IMG/VR virus record: IMGVR_UViG_3300033463_000109
Coordinates: 2,925-66,924 of that record
Strand: one strand, 5' to 3'
Source: a virus
Length of the DNA stretch: 64,000 nucleotides
The notes beneath the pieces are model-generated. The model worked only from the letters and a program-made list of their open reading frames with translations, was not told the DNA's origin and did not search any database. The position numbers and the translations under genes are program-made. Shown here piece after piece: positions 9,875-21,583 of the stretch; position 1 is the stretch's first letter, and each line of letters opens with the position of its first letter.

Positions 9875-10719
9875 TATTCAGCCACCTCAAACTTTTCTTC
9901 TAATTTTGTAGATTGATAATTATCTAATCTAAAATCATCTTCTGTAAAAGCATAAAAATCTTTTACTTCTGGATTTAGCCATAACTTTGGTGCGTCATAT
10001 TCAGGATTATCACAAAGCTTCTTAACTACCTCTAAGTGTCTATCATAAATATGTAAATTATTTACAATATGAACAAGCTCACCTACTTCATAGCCACAAA
10101 CTTGTGCTAGCATATGTGTTAAAATAGCATATTGCATTGTGTCCCAACCACCTGAAGCGGCTGCTGCTAATAAGTCACCAGACCTTTGAATGACTGTGCA
10201 ATTAAGCTTATTATCTGCTACATACCAAAGTGTTTCATAAACGCATGGAGGTAAGGCCATATCATGTAAATCTTCTGGGCACCACATAGTTGTAATCATT
10301 CTACGGTCCATCGGCTTATTTTTTAATAAATAAATTAAGTTGTCAACTTGGTCTAGGTCTCCATATTCATAGTGAGAAACCTTACCTAATTGATAACCGT
10401 ATGTTTTACCAATTGTGCCATCTGGACGCTCCCAGGCACGCCATATCGCAGCCGATTTTCCTAGCTCTTCTACTACGTTAGACTTCTTTTGCCACATCCA
10501 TAAAAGCTCTCTTACAACGCCTTTGAACGCTTGAGTTCTTAATGTTAAAGCTGGAAACTCTTTACTTAAATCATAGCGTCTAACTGCACAATATGTTTTA
10601 ATAGTATGTGCAGGTGTTCCATCTGGCCACTTTGGTCTAACTTCAAAAGCTTCATCACTAAAACCTTTTGTAAGTATTTCTTCGACTTCCTCTTTGAAGT
10701 ACTTGTCAGCTTTACTCAT
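9874..10719 (-). CDS. thymidylate synthase family enzyme (ThyA, or pyrimidine hydroxymethylase)
   Basis: 281 aa with 'ALPPCVYETLWYV...VIQRSGDLLAA' (active-site Cys in a PPC context, QRSxD motif). It is divergent in the region that is 'PFNIASYALL' in ThyA. Confidence 0.7.
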   Translation of the reverse strand: MSKADKYFKEEVEEILTKGFSDEAFEVRPKWPDGTPAHTIKTYCAVRRYDLSKEFPALTLRTQAFKGVVRELLWMWQKKSNVVEELGKSAAIWRAWERPDGTIGKTYGYQLGKVSHYEYGDLDQVDNLIYLLKNKPMDRRMITTMWCPEDLHDMALPPCVYETLWYVADNKLNCTVIQRSGDLLAAAASGGWDTMQYAILTHMLAQVCGYEVGELVHIVNNLHIYDRHLEVVKKLCDNPEYDAPKLWLNPEVKDFYAFTEDDFRLDNYQSTKLEEKFEVAE

Positions 10720-11063
10720 TATTTATCCTCCTCATTTACTGGTATATCTATAAACATATCATCGTCCTCTAGTAAGCCAAGCAATAATATTAAATAATTA
10801 GTTATATCACCTGTCTTTTCAAGCCATAAGTCTCTTGTAAACTTCTTGCCACTATTGACCATATCAATAATAGAAGTAAGGTGCTTTAATAGATAGCCAA
10901 ATAATACTTGCTCATTTGACCAACCTGAAATAGAAGCACCATTCTTAAAGTTAGATAATCTGTCATCATCTAAGTTATATTCGCCTGCTTTCTTAACTAA
11001 AAGCTTTTTAATACGCTCTTCTGTAAACTCTTCAACAATTTCATTAAATCTTTCTGACGTCAT
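10719..11063 (-). CDS. hypothetical protein
   Basis: 114-aa ORF, start codon overlaps the upstream stop. The 'TTGTATAATAT' promoter motif lies upstream at ~11081-11148. Confidence 0.4.
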   Translation of the reverse strand: MTSERFNEIVEEFTEERIKKLLVKKAGEYNLDDDRLSNFKNGASISGWSNEQVLFGYLLKHLTSIIDMVNSGKKFTRDLWLEKTGDITNYLILLLGLLEDDDMFIDIPVNEEDK

Positions 11064-11080
11064 TTTTTACCTCATCTATA

Positions 11081-11148
11081 ATAGTATACAATATAAATTG
11101 CTAGTTTTTAGCCAGCAACTCTAAAGCTTCAATATATTATACAATACA
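11081..11148 (-). promoter_or_regulatory. two tandem 'TTGTATAATAT'-family motifs
   Basis: 'atagtatacaatat' and 'atatattatacaatac', upstream of gene start 11063. Confidence 0.4.
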
Positions 11149-11251
11149 AAAAATAAAAAAACTAAGCACCTCTTAAAAAAGAAGTGCCTAGTAAAAGGAA
11201 TATAATAAGAAAGTTAGACTATGGGAAAATAATCTAACCCGGAAAGGCTAA

Positions 11252-11587
11252 TTATTCAATAATAATTAACTTTGTCTTATTTACTAATGTTTCAACATCT
11301 CTGTTAGCTTTTCTAACTTTGATGCTATAATAATATGTAGCTGGAGGAAGTAATCTTGTTTCTTCAGCTTCTAATTTAATTTCTTTGAAATATCTGTTAT
11401 CGCCCTCACGCTTGTCTTCATTTGTTAATGAATATGACTTGCGAATAAGAGCTTCTTCAAAAGGTTGCTTAGGTAATGTAACTCCAAAATAAAGTCTATC
11501 ACCTTCTGTATAACTGTAAGTTTCTGGCAATACATAAGTGTATTTTAATGTGTCGCCTCTATTAAGCATAAATATTCTTTCTGACAT
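11252..11587 (-). CDS. hypothetical protein
   Basis: 111-aa ORF with the AT-rich codon usage seen in neighbouring genes. Confidence 0.35.
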   Translation of the reverse strand: MSERIFMLNRGDTLKYTYVLPETYSYTEGDRLYFGVTLPKQPFEEALIRKSYSLTNEDKREGDNRYFKEIKLEAEETRLLPPATYYYSIKVRKANRDVETLVNKTKLIIIE

Positions 11588-11611
11588 AATTAAATACCTC
11601 TAATTTAATTT

Positions 11612-12064
11612 TTATATATTGCTATATAAGCTGTCTTCTACAACAAAGCCAGGTAGCTCATAAATTTGTCTAGCGCCACCTAATAAATCAAAAACAACTT
11701 CTACTTTTGTTATTTCATCAATGTCTACTGGTGCAAATGTTTTTGTATAGTCAGATGTCAATAAATAGCTAACATCGCCTGTTTCTGGGTCATAATTAAA
11801 ATTATGGTCTTCGTTTAACTTAAAAGCATCTGTCTTTCTTATATAATATCCGCCAGCATCTCTTTCTGTAGATAAATAGTTGATAATTAAAGTCAAATCT
11901 AATAGTACAGGTCCCTGCTCTGTTGGATAGCTACTATCATCAATACCATAATTTCTAACATTAAAAGAAATATAATCAGAAGCACCTCTTGTGATATAAA
12001 ATACTTCTGGCTTTCTAAATGTTGGCTTTGTATCTAAAGTTGTTTTAACTTGAAATTCTCTCAT
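11612..12064 (-). CDS. hypothetical protein
   Basis: 150-aa ORF. Confidence 0.35.
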   Translation of the reverse strand: MREFQVKTTLDTKPTFRKPEVFYITRGASDYISFNVRNYGIDDSSYPTEQGPVLLDLTLIINYLSTERDAGGYYIRKTDAFKLNEDHNFNYDPETGDVSYLLTSDYTKTFAPVDIDEITKVEVVFDLLGGARQIYELPGFVVEDSLYSNI

Positions 12065-12074
12065 TTTATATTCC

Positions 12075-12611
12075 TTATGAAATGCTTAATTTGCCATCTC
12101 TTTCTGAGAATAAAGTATATGTTTTACCATATCTAAGTGTTGTATCAAGCTGCATTGTGTATAAGCCATACTTAAGTGGGCTATCTCCTGTAGCATCTAA
12201 TTCTACGCAAACTGTCTTGTCGTCAAATAATATACCTATATTAGCATATTCGCTTGCTGGCTCGTCAGTTTCGGCTTCTGGCTCAGCATTTGGCACTGGG
12301 TCTAATTCTATTGTCTTAGAAAGCAATACCTTATGTTGCCTATCAAAAACCTTGAAATTAAAAATAGCATCAGAAAGCACTGGGTATAAGCTACCATCAT
12401 CAAATAAAGTATCTAAGCTGAAATACAACTTAAATACTGAATTATCTTTGGCCTCTATACCAATTGGCTCGCCTTTAACATTTCTTAATATTTTAGCACA
12501 ATTACAACTTTCAGGCTTTTCTGGCTTATTAAGGTCAGTATAGTGAGTACCTACATATGGATCAGTAGGTAATATAACCTTATGGTCATAGTTGTAAAAC
12601 ATATCTTTCAT
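12075..12611 (-). CDS. hypothetical protein
   Basis: 178-aa ORF. Confidence 0.35.
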   Translation of the reverse strand: MKDMFYNYDHKVILPTDPYVGTHYTDLNKPEKPESCNCAKILRNVKGEPIGIEAKDNSVFKLYFSLDTLFDDGSLYPVLSDAIFNFKVFDRQHKVLLSKTIELDPVPNAEPEAETDEPASEYANIGILFDDKTVCVELDATGDSPLKYGLYTMQLDTTLRYGKTYTLFSERDGKLSIS

Positions 12612-12631
12612 TTTGTTTTGTCTATTCCTTA

Positions 12632-12961
12632 TTATTTATTATTAACTGTCTTAGACCACTTAATAAGTTCTTCAATATAAGCTATTACTTTCTTTAATGA
12701 TTCTTCATCTAATGCAATATTATTTGCAGCACACATTTGCTTAACAATTGTTAAAGCCATGTCTAGCTTGTCTTGTCCTGCCATTTCAGGATGCTCAGCA
12801 GCATATGCTTCTGCTTGAGACATAGCATCTTGTGCAAATTTAGCAATAGCTGTCCAGTTCTTATCTTTAATCATTTTAACAACTATTGTTACTAATGATA
12901 CAACTGTTGGCACTACACCAACTAATGCAATAACTAATTCTAAAATCAATTGTGTTGACAT
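12632..12961 (-). CDS. small membrane protein, holin-like
   Basis: 109 aa. One N-terminal TM segment 'LILELVIALVGVVPTVVSLVTIVV' and a charged C-terminus. Confidence 0.3.
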   Translation of the reverse strand: MSTQLILELVIALVGVVPTVVSLVTIVVKMIKDKNWTAIAKFAQDAMSQAEAYAAEHPEMAGQDKLDMALTIVKQMCAANNIALDEESLKKVIAYIEELIKWSKTVNNK

Positions 12962-12982
12962 ATTATATTCCTCGCTTTAATA

Positions 12983-13438
12983 TTAATCTTTTTTATGTTG
13001 ATGATCTGGTTGGTCCATCAAATCTTTATAACACTTATCCATAACACCATTCTTTCCCATGGCATGATAGTTTTGATATAGGTTGTCAAAATCTGCTTTT
13101 ACATCTCTTGGACAATAACCCTTATCTATCCAGGCATCATAAACTTCATAAATGTTATGTCTTAAACTTGCTTGGCTGCCTCTCTTCAATAATGCTAAAT
13201 CATCTTTGATAGGTTGGATCTCTTTAGCAATACTTATTTCAATAGTGTTAGCTAAAGTCTTATTTCTTTCTTGTTCTCTAAAAGCTTCTAGTTCTTCATG
13301 TTCAGCTCTTCTTGCAGCTTCCTTTTCATCCCTTTTCTTAAAGTTTTTATCAGTAACGCGCTTAAGTATAATACCAACTATTGTTGTTATTATTGCTGGG
13401 ATAGCTATACTAAGTGTCCAAATGATTGCTGATTCCAT
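12983..13438 (-). CDS. membrane-anchored coiled-coil protein
   Basis: 151 aa. N-terminal TM helix followed by a charged coiled coil 'KRDEKEAARRAEHEELEAFREQERNK'. Confidence 0.35.
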   Translation of the reverse strand: MESAIIWTLSIAIPAIITTIVGIILKRVTDKNFKKRDEKEAARRAEHEELEAFREQERNKTLANTIEISIAKEIQPIKDDLALLKRGSQASLRHNIYEVYDAWIDKGYCPRDVKADFDNLYQNYHAMGKNGVMDKCYKDLMDQPDHQHKKD

Positions 13439-13485
13439 TTAATGATACCTCTCCAGAATTGTCATCTCTAAAACTCAGAGATTTC

Positions 13486-13505
13486 TATATAATTTAGCAA
13501 AAAAT
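13486..13505 (-). promoter_or_regulatory. conserved motif 'TATATAATTTAGCAAAAAAT'
   Basis: The identical 18-20-mer recurs at 5721, 46317, 50085 (variant) and 34353 (variant). Here it is upstream of the 12983..13438 start. Confidence 0.35.
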
Positions 13506-13573
13506 TAGCCGCATAAATTCTAATTTACACGGCTTGTAAAATCTAAGTATAATTTATGTAAAAACTATACTAA

Positions 13574-13834
13574 TTATGAATTTACTGTAGCTGAAAATGT
13601 AAAAGTAATACCACCAACTGTCATAGTAATTGTGCCGTCGCCATTATCAGTAATATTAGTAACAAATTTTTTGCTAGCACCATCAGCAATTAAATCAGCA
13701 TTTGTTGATGTATTTAAATATAAAGCATTAGCATCTTCTGAATAAGTTTGTCCATCTTTACTTAAAGAACCACCATTTTTTAATACAGTTAGATTCTCAT
13801 CTGAAATTGGAATTATATTTGTTAAATCTGGCAT
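13574..13834 (-). CDS. hypothetical small structural protein
   Basis: 86-aa ORF. Confidence 0.3.
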   Translation of the reverse strand: MPDLTNIIPISDENLTVLKNGGSLSKDGQTYSEDANALYLNTSTNADLIADGASKKFVTNITDNGDGTITMTVGGITFTFSATVNS

Positions 13835-13848
13835 ATCTTATTATCTCC

Positions 13849-15432
13849 TTAATTATAATAATTTATATTAGTATTTTTTATCAAATAAAATGGTACATTT
13901 ATATTATCAATTTCTTTTGTTATACTTTCATAAGCATCATAAGATGGAACTGTTGCTGGTAAAGTGCTTGTGTAATCAAATGTTCCTTCTTTATAATATA
14001 CTTTATGACTTCCCGTTGCTGTTCCAGGCTCATTTGAAACATAACCATAATAGCCATAAGAAACAGCTGATATATCGCCAGTAATGTCTGATTTACTAAA
14101 TACTGGAGTATAGCCTTTAACACCTAAGCTTCTATAATCTTCACCATTTAATGTGGTGCCATTAATTGTTAAAGCCTTTATAAATGTTCCATTTTTAGCA
14201 TTCCATTTAGCTGGCCCAATATATACTTTGTCTTGTGAATGACAAAAACCTATTTCATCATCAGTCACTGAATATTCTCTGCGATCAGTTGCTGCTGAAT
14301 TTTCGACATCTCCTGACATCCAATTAGTTAAATTAAATCTATGGCACCAATTATTTAAATCAGTGTTGTAATATAAATTAATTACTGAAAAGTTGTCACT
14401 TTTGCCATTACTAAAGCCAAACAATAAACCTCTTGATTTAGTGCTACCAACTTGTGGAATTTCCACATTAAATGTGCCGCCAATTTTTACTCCATTTACG
14501 GCAGCCATTGCATTACTTCCTATTTCTCCAATAAGAGCACCAATTCTGCCATAAGCATTACCATTGCCACTCTGGCCATCAGCTCTATTTACATTAAAAA
14601 TACCACTACCAGTAGCTGTAATATTTGTTAAGGTAATACTACCAGTAGCTTCACCTACAAATGCACCACAACACAAATAGCAATCTCTATTGTCTGTTGC
14701 TCAACCAGGTCTTGTTGTTTTAATAGCTAATCTATTCAATACTTCAACTGTAGTATTAATAATCGATCCACCTAACATCTGTCCTGTAATTCCGCCTAAA
14801 TTACAATGTTTACCTGATGTAACCATAGCTTCTACAAAGTTATTTGAGCAATTAAATTTAACATAAATATTTGAGACTGTTCCGGCATTAATTCTACCAA
14901 CTAAAACTCCACAACCAAATGACTGTTTTAATCAGTTACTTCCACTTGTATTATAATAGCGTGCAGTAGAATAATAAGTTAAATTTTTTACAGCACTTCC
15001 TGTATACATTTCTCTTATTAAGCCACCATAGTACCTTAAACCAGAATCTCTATCATCATTATAGCCATCTGTATTAGCTGTTATTGTATGTCCACAACCA
15101 TCTAAAATACCATTTAGATAGTTATCATTAGTGTAAGTAATCGCTGTTGCAATATTAGCAGTTAAATAGCCATATTTACCGGTATTATCACTACCTAAGA
15201 AGTTTTGTAGCTCGCTATCATTAGAAATAGCTACAGCAGTATAACCTGTTGTGTCTGGTACATAGCCTTTAGGCACATCTCCATCTTTTAAGCCGTCTCC
15301 TAGTGCGGCATAAGAAATAGCAAAATCACCACTTGGTATCTCAGCATAGTTTAGTGGGTCATAATTAGCAAAAGCTGTTTTGCCTGCTATATAAACACTT
15401 GCACCTTCTCTTCCATTAATATAAAATGACAT
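13849..15432 (-). CDS. tail-fibre/structural protein with two in-frame TGA (Trp) codons
   Basis: ORF-track pieces 13849..14676 and 14932..15432 share one frame. In-frame TGA at 14932-34 and 14701-03, no other stops between. TAA stop at 13849-51. RBS 'aaggaag' before ATG 15430-32. Confidence 0.6.
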
Positions 15433-15455
15433 TAAATATTATCTTCCTTTATTTA

Positions 15456-16820
15456 TTAAACAACAGGTGTTGCATCTGTTAAATCTATAATTTGAATAGC
15501 ATTTTGCTTACCATTCCATGTTGCTTTTTCTGTTGCATTTGTAAACTTAGCGGTTGTGCTTGTATCTGAAATATCGTCAGCATCTAAGACAACTGTTCCT
15601 GTTGCTCCATTAACTGAATCAACAGCACCACTTCCTGAAGCACTAATTGTATAAGCACCAGCAGATCCTGTAATAGAAACACCTGTGCCAGCAGCTAATG
15701 ATAAGCTCTCTGATGAACCTAAAGCTGTGCCATCAATAGTAATAGGTCTCCATGTATTAGAATCATTTTCTGTATGAACTACATCATAAATAATACTTGG
15801 TGTTAAAGCATCACAAACTAAAATATCACCTACATGCACTGTTTCTGTGCTGTAAGAAAATTGTGCACTTGCTCTTGCTCAATCGCCTGTCTTTGTTGGT
15901 GCTAATGCAGCTAATTCTGTAGCATCAGCAACAACACCTAAATATTGAACGTGGTTAGTTAAAATAGTGTCAACTTGAGCTTTTGAATAAACTGTTATAT
16001 CACTGCCAGAAGCATTAGCAATAGCACCAGAAGATTGGTTTACTCCTGCTTTTAATGTAACAACCCCGGTAGAAGAATCTAAAGAAGCTATTGTGGCAGA
16101 GCCATCAGTAAACTTGGCTTCATAAGTAGAAGCAGCAGTTGAAGTTGTTAGATAGCTTGAAGCATCTGACAATTCAGCAACTGTTGTTGGTACTGTTGGC
16201 TTATTTTTAATAAAGTCTTTCTTTGTGTTATCAGCTTGATTCCAGTCGCTTTGAATTTGAGCATCTGGAATAGCTGGCTTGTCATCTAAGCTTGTATAGC
16301 TATTAGATAAAGCTACAGCAGCTAAGTCTGTTGACTTTGTATAGTTAGCTAAGTCGTCTACATTTTTTGTAATAAAGCCACTTAAATCTGGTTTATTCTT
16401 AATAAAATCTAATTTTGTATTGTCAGCTTGATTATAATCAGCTTGAATTTGAGCAGCTGGAATTGATGGCTTATTAGTTAAGTCATCATAGTCTCCACTT
16501 GTAGCAACATTAGCTAATGTAGGAGCTCCAGATAAGTCTGAATATGCACCGGTAGTAGCAACATCTGCTAAAGAAGCTGTTGGTGTATAATCAGCTAAAT
16601 CTGTTTTTGTAGCAACTACTGTCTCATCAATACTAATTTCATCATTGGTTATATCAATACCATTACCAGCAGTATAAGGAACGCCAGGCACAGCTGAACC
16701 AGGCACACCTAAGATAGTGTGATTTTGTAGTATATTCTCACTATCTAAGTCAGGCTCATAAATAGCTTGACCTTGTGAGTTTGTTAATATTTTATTATCT
16801 ACTGAAATATACTTTCCCAT
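15456..16820 (-). CDS. tail-fibre protein with internal repeats and one in-frame TGA
   Basis: Pieces 15456..15839 and 15879..16820 are in the same frame and separated only by TGA at 15879-81. Repeats 'NQADNTK(L/K)DFIKNKP'. TAA stop. RBS before ATG 16818-20. Confidence 0.6.
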
Positions 16821-16833
16821 TAGTTATCTCCTT

Positions 16834-18306
16834 TTATGCTACTGACGCCGGTGCTTCTACCATGAAATCTGCAACATTTGACCAGTGTGAATCACTTTGT
16901 CATACGCTAAGCATACCATATGGCACAATAATCTTGAAATCAAAACTATTGTATTGATTATCAATAAAATATCCAGACCATGTGCTATCACTTGGTTGAG
17001 GCACTGATGTGCATTTACTAAAGTCTAATTCAACAATACTTGGAGCGTATTGCATAATAACATATGTTTGATTACCACTAGATGGCTCATAATATCCTGA
17101 AATAGTGCTGATATTAGAAAATTTAACTTTAGTTAATCTTGATGGTCTACCATTATTATATGAATTACCTATTAATGCGCCAGCAGGGAAAGTGGTTACC
17201 ATAGTGTTTGAAAAGTCTAATTCAGTGTCATTAATATAATTTAATAAATTTGAATAAGATGACATTGAAGAGCCGAAACTTACAAAACCATTAGGGAAAT
17301 AAATTTTCTTTTCTGCCATGCTTAATGCTGATGGCATGCCTATGCTTGTGACACCAGTAGGAATTACTAAATTTTCCATACGTGTCGAATATGCTATTTG
17401 TTCAGGTATTGTTGTTAAACTATCTGATAAAGTAAAATTACCCATTTGAATATAAACACCTTCACCACCAATTAATGAATTTACACTTGTAAGATCATAA
17501 TTAAGCACTACATATTTTAATTGGCTGCTATATAGTAATCCGCCTCCGCCCATATCAGAAGTTGGTAAATAACAGTTTTGTGGTAAAATAAATGATTCTA
17601 ATGCTACACCACCATAGAAGAAACTAGTGCTTAATTTAGCTGTTGTTGTGTTATCAATAGAACAATGTTTTAATGATCCACAATATGTTAATTCCATAGA
17701 ACCACTGCTCATAGAATCACCACCAATATGTCCGCTATAAATATCAGCTTCTATAATGTTTTGGCCACCAACACAATAACCTAATTGAATTAAGCCTGAA
17801 ACTTTGACAGTATATTCACCAACACTAGCGTATAAGTGTGAATATTCTTGACCTGATGATGTAATTGATGTAGTATCTCCATCGCCCCAATCAATATAAT
17901 TGCTACTTCCTGGGCTTGTAATATTCACTACACGTACACCAAATTGATTAAAATATGATGAAGTAGCAGCAGATTGGCCTAAACGGCTAATTTTAATTTT
18001 AAAAGTAGTAATTGGATCATTTAAAATATAAGTAGCCCCGATAACCACATTAGTTTTACCAACTGTAAGTGTATTACCATTATTTAATTGCTTTGGCGAA
18101 ATCCAGCAATCAAATGTTCTATCACTATGTGTTGGAGCCGTTGGCAATGTATAAGTATCACCTTCATTCTTTTTAACTTGCTCAATTATAGAACCATCAT
18201 AGTCTATAACTGTAATTGTATAATCACCTGTGGCACCACCAGCTAATGGAATAGTTGTTCCATTATAAGTAACTGCTGTAATTGTTTTACTAGTATCTAA
18301 ACTCAT
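16834..18306 (-). CDS. tail-fibre-like structural protein (C-terminus read through TGA 16900-02)
   Basis: 468-aa ORF ends at TGA. The same frame continues 22 codons to TAA at 16834-36. Confidence 0.5.
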
Positions 18307-18326
18307 TTTTATTTATACTCCTTCTT

Positions 18327-18599
18327 CTATACATCTGTAATTGCTAACGTTTGTGTATCACCACTAATTGTAGCTATAATATTATATTCTTCGCCAGCAC
18401 TTGGTGCATCAGTAATAGTTAATGTACAAGTATCTCCTGTTATTGTTTGTAAGATATAATATGTTGAACCACCACCGGATGGAATGCTTAAAATTTCGCT
18501 TGGAAAATCTTGTGGATTAATAAGAGCTGATGTTCCCTTCTTTGCTCTTATAGCATCTGCAATAGCCTCAAATAAATCTGCTAAATTTGTATAACTCAT
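18327..18599 (-). CDS. hypothetical small protein
   Basis: 90-aa ORF. Confidence 0.3.
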   Translation of the reverse strand: MSYTNLADLFEAIADAIRAKKGTSALINPQDFPSEILSIPSGGGSTYYILQTITGDTCTLTITDAPSAGEEYNIIATISGDTQTLAITDV

Positions 18600-18612
18600 T
18601 ATTTAAGCCTCC

Positions 18613-20838
18613 TTAAACAGGTGTATTCATTACAGTGCCTATTGCATCTTGTAAATCTTTTAATGTTGCTAATGTATAAGCACTTCCATTTACAACCCTC
18701 TTTATATCACCTATTGCTGCTTGTGAATAAGCTAGCATAAAGAATTGATAGTCCTCTGTTGGTACTCCATCTACTACCATGCCTAAACGTAGCCTATCAT
18801 ACATATCATCATTTAAAATACGTGGGCTATATGGAGACATAGGATCATATACACCAAATGTATGACTATTTTCTGCTAGTGTAGTGCCATTCCATACAGT
18901 AATATCATCTACTATAGTACTATTCTGTCCTATTATGTTTACACCCATTGCAAAAGTATCTGTAGTAGATAATAATCTTAGTTTAACAGCTCTATCTATA
19001 GCTTCATAATTTTCTATATACAATACATATTGCCAATACTTTGTTGGATTTGGATCACCTGGCCCTTGATTAGGCACTGATATACTAAATATATTTAAAT
19101 ATCTATTAGCAGAGTTATTTGGGTCAGTTTGTATCTCCATCCCATAATAATTTATCATATTGTTTAAGTATGTAGCTGTATTTTTACTTAAATTATAGTA
19201 AATAGAGCCTGTAAAAGCTTGGCTATAATTATTTCAAGTAAGAAGTGTTTCTTCTCCTTCAGTATCTGCAATCTTATAATATTTACCATTATTTTGTAAT
19301 AAAGCTGGTGTAATTTCTTCTACTGTTTCAATTGGAGAATCAGAACTTCCGCCGCCTTCACCAAGTTTATACTTCTTAGCTACATAATTATATGAATAGC
19401 TATCAAAATCAATATATACTATGTATTTATCAAAATCTGTATAAGAACTTGCGCCTGATGTATTTTGATCAACAAAATGACCTATATAAATATAATGATA
19501 TTTATATGTAAATGTGCTTTGATCATAAAGCTCATAATAATTAGCATATGTTGTATATAAATTTAAGTTAGTAAAATATAATGGAAGTTTAGCTTGTATA
19601 TACGAGCCAAAATTACAATAGGTTTCTGTATCATATGTTAAATTATATGATGTAGTATTTACACCTGAAGTAAAAGCCTCTCTAACTGCATTTACACTTG
19701 GAACATTTGTTGTTGAACTTGATTGTAAGTTATTTGATCTACTTGAAGTAGAAATATAACTACTTAAATCAGACGAATGTGTTATACCATTTAAAGCACA
19801 AGATCCGTAATAACCTGCAGTAGAACCTGTATTATTTGTTGTATAGCCATAATATATTGTATCAAAACTTGTTGATCCACCTATACAATATCAATGCCAA
19901 TATGTTGTACTGTGCATATTTACAAATAACAACACCGCTCCCGTATTTGGAATTGTTACAGTTGATGTGCTATTCTTACCATTATAATAAATAGATTTTT
20001 GTCCACCATATGTTAATTTATAAACACCAGGTGTTAATGTTGTAATTCTAATAGGTGATGTTGAAATTTCTGTTATACCTTCTGGAATAGTTGGTGTATC
20101 TGTTAAGTTGTTATAACTACCTGTTGTAGCAACTGTAGCAAGGTCTGATTTCAATGGAACTGTTGTATTATCAATACCGATTTCATTATTAGAAATACTA
20201 ATACCTGTTCCAGCAGTATAATTACCACCTGCATTTTGAATAGCATCATATACACCACCTGAAGTTACTAAGTTTGTGCTATTTTCTGTTGGCTCAGTAT
20301 CAATACTCTTAGCACCACCAGATGTAGTATCTTGTGTTGTAAAATTAGCAACACCATTTTGCACAATAGAAACGCCATTTAATTGGACATCTCTTGTAGC
20401 AGTAAATGTTGTTGTATTATCATTATTATCTGTTAGAGTTAAAGTATTTGTTTGGCTGTCTACAGCAGCTGCCTTGATATATTGTGAAATAGCCGAACCA
20501 GAGCCACCAAATTTTATCCATTCGTAAGTGCCTGACTCAATATATTTACCCCAAACATATTCATCTCCACATTCTTCTTGGCCTGATGTTCCAGTATATT
20601 TAACTGTATAGCAAAAGCCCACATTCTTAGCTTTTTGTGCCTCAGTCCAAGCAGAGCTCATTGCAGTTAAATCAGCATAATAATCAACAGCACCTTTATA
20701 TTTGATGCCATTTCCTAAGCCATCTACTTTCTCATTTAACTCGGCAATTTCAGCTAGGGCTAAATTTGCTTTTTCTAAAGCCTCTGCCCCTTCACCGCCT
20801 GCTGCTTTCTTAGCTAATATATATGCAACTATATCCAT
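18613..20838 (-). CDS. large tail-fibre protein with in-frame TGAs
   Basis: Pieces 18613..19158 and 19891..20838 are in the same frame. In-frame TGA at 19891-93 and 19234-36. TAA stop at 18613-15. Confidence 0.5.
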
Positions 20839-21583
20839 CTTCTACTAGCCTCCTTATTAGCCTAATTTAATCCATTGCTTATTTTCTGCATCAAAAATAT
20901 AAACTGTGCATGTATCCATCTCAAGCAAAACAGATCCATTACCAACGCCTTCAGTTGGCTTTGCATCTGTGCTTAGGCAATAATACTCATAAGTTTGTTC
21001 ATTGAAAGGTGTAATCATCTGTATAATTCTCCTTAATTTCAAGAATTTAGTCTTTCTAACTAATTAATTTAGCAGATTTATAAGCATAATAAAATAAAAG
21101 AGAGCCTCAAAAAGCTCTCTTTTTAGCATTAGTTTAATTTTGCCAGATTATATGCAAATTTTGCCAAGTACTACTAATAATACTATTATACCAATAGTGC
21201 CTATGTAAAATAAAACGTCTTCTTTATTCATCTGCTTGCTCAACAGTGTCTTCTTCAGGTGGTATATCTTCATCACCTTCAATATATGTATAAATGTTAG
21301 GTATGTCTATTGCATCTATATACTTATCACCTGTTTCATTTTGAATGATATACTTATTAGCATCACTATAAGTATGAACAAATTCATTTCCTTCAATTTC
21401 TATAATTTCTTGAATTAACATATTAACCTCCTACATTGCAAACATAAATGATACATAGTATGTCGTACCTGATTGTATATACGATTCATAAAGTTGTCCA
21501 CCCGAGCCTATACTATTACCTGTCATTTCGTTTACAGTTATGAGTGTTCTTGTCCACCAGGCTGCTCCTGTAGTAGTTCCTGC

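Noticed and set aside
9874-10719. Calling the TS-family gene plain thyA
   Set aside because: The catalytic core matches ThyA but the folate/dUMP-binding segment diverges. It is left as 'thymidylate synthase family' pending phylogeny.
21431-21433. TAG as a second recoded codon
   Set aside because: In-frame TAG appears where genes must end (21431-33 next to the following ATG; 24529-31 directly before an ATG; 49108-10; 51198-200). TAG never interrupts a same-frame ORF pair, and no CUA-anticodon tRNA was found. TAG and TAA remain stops.
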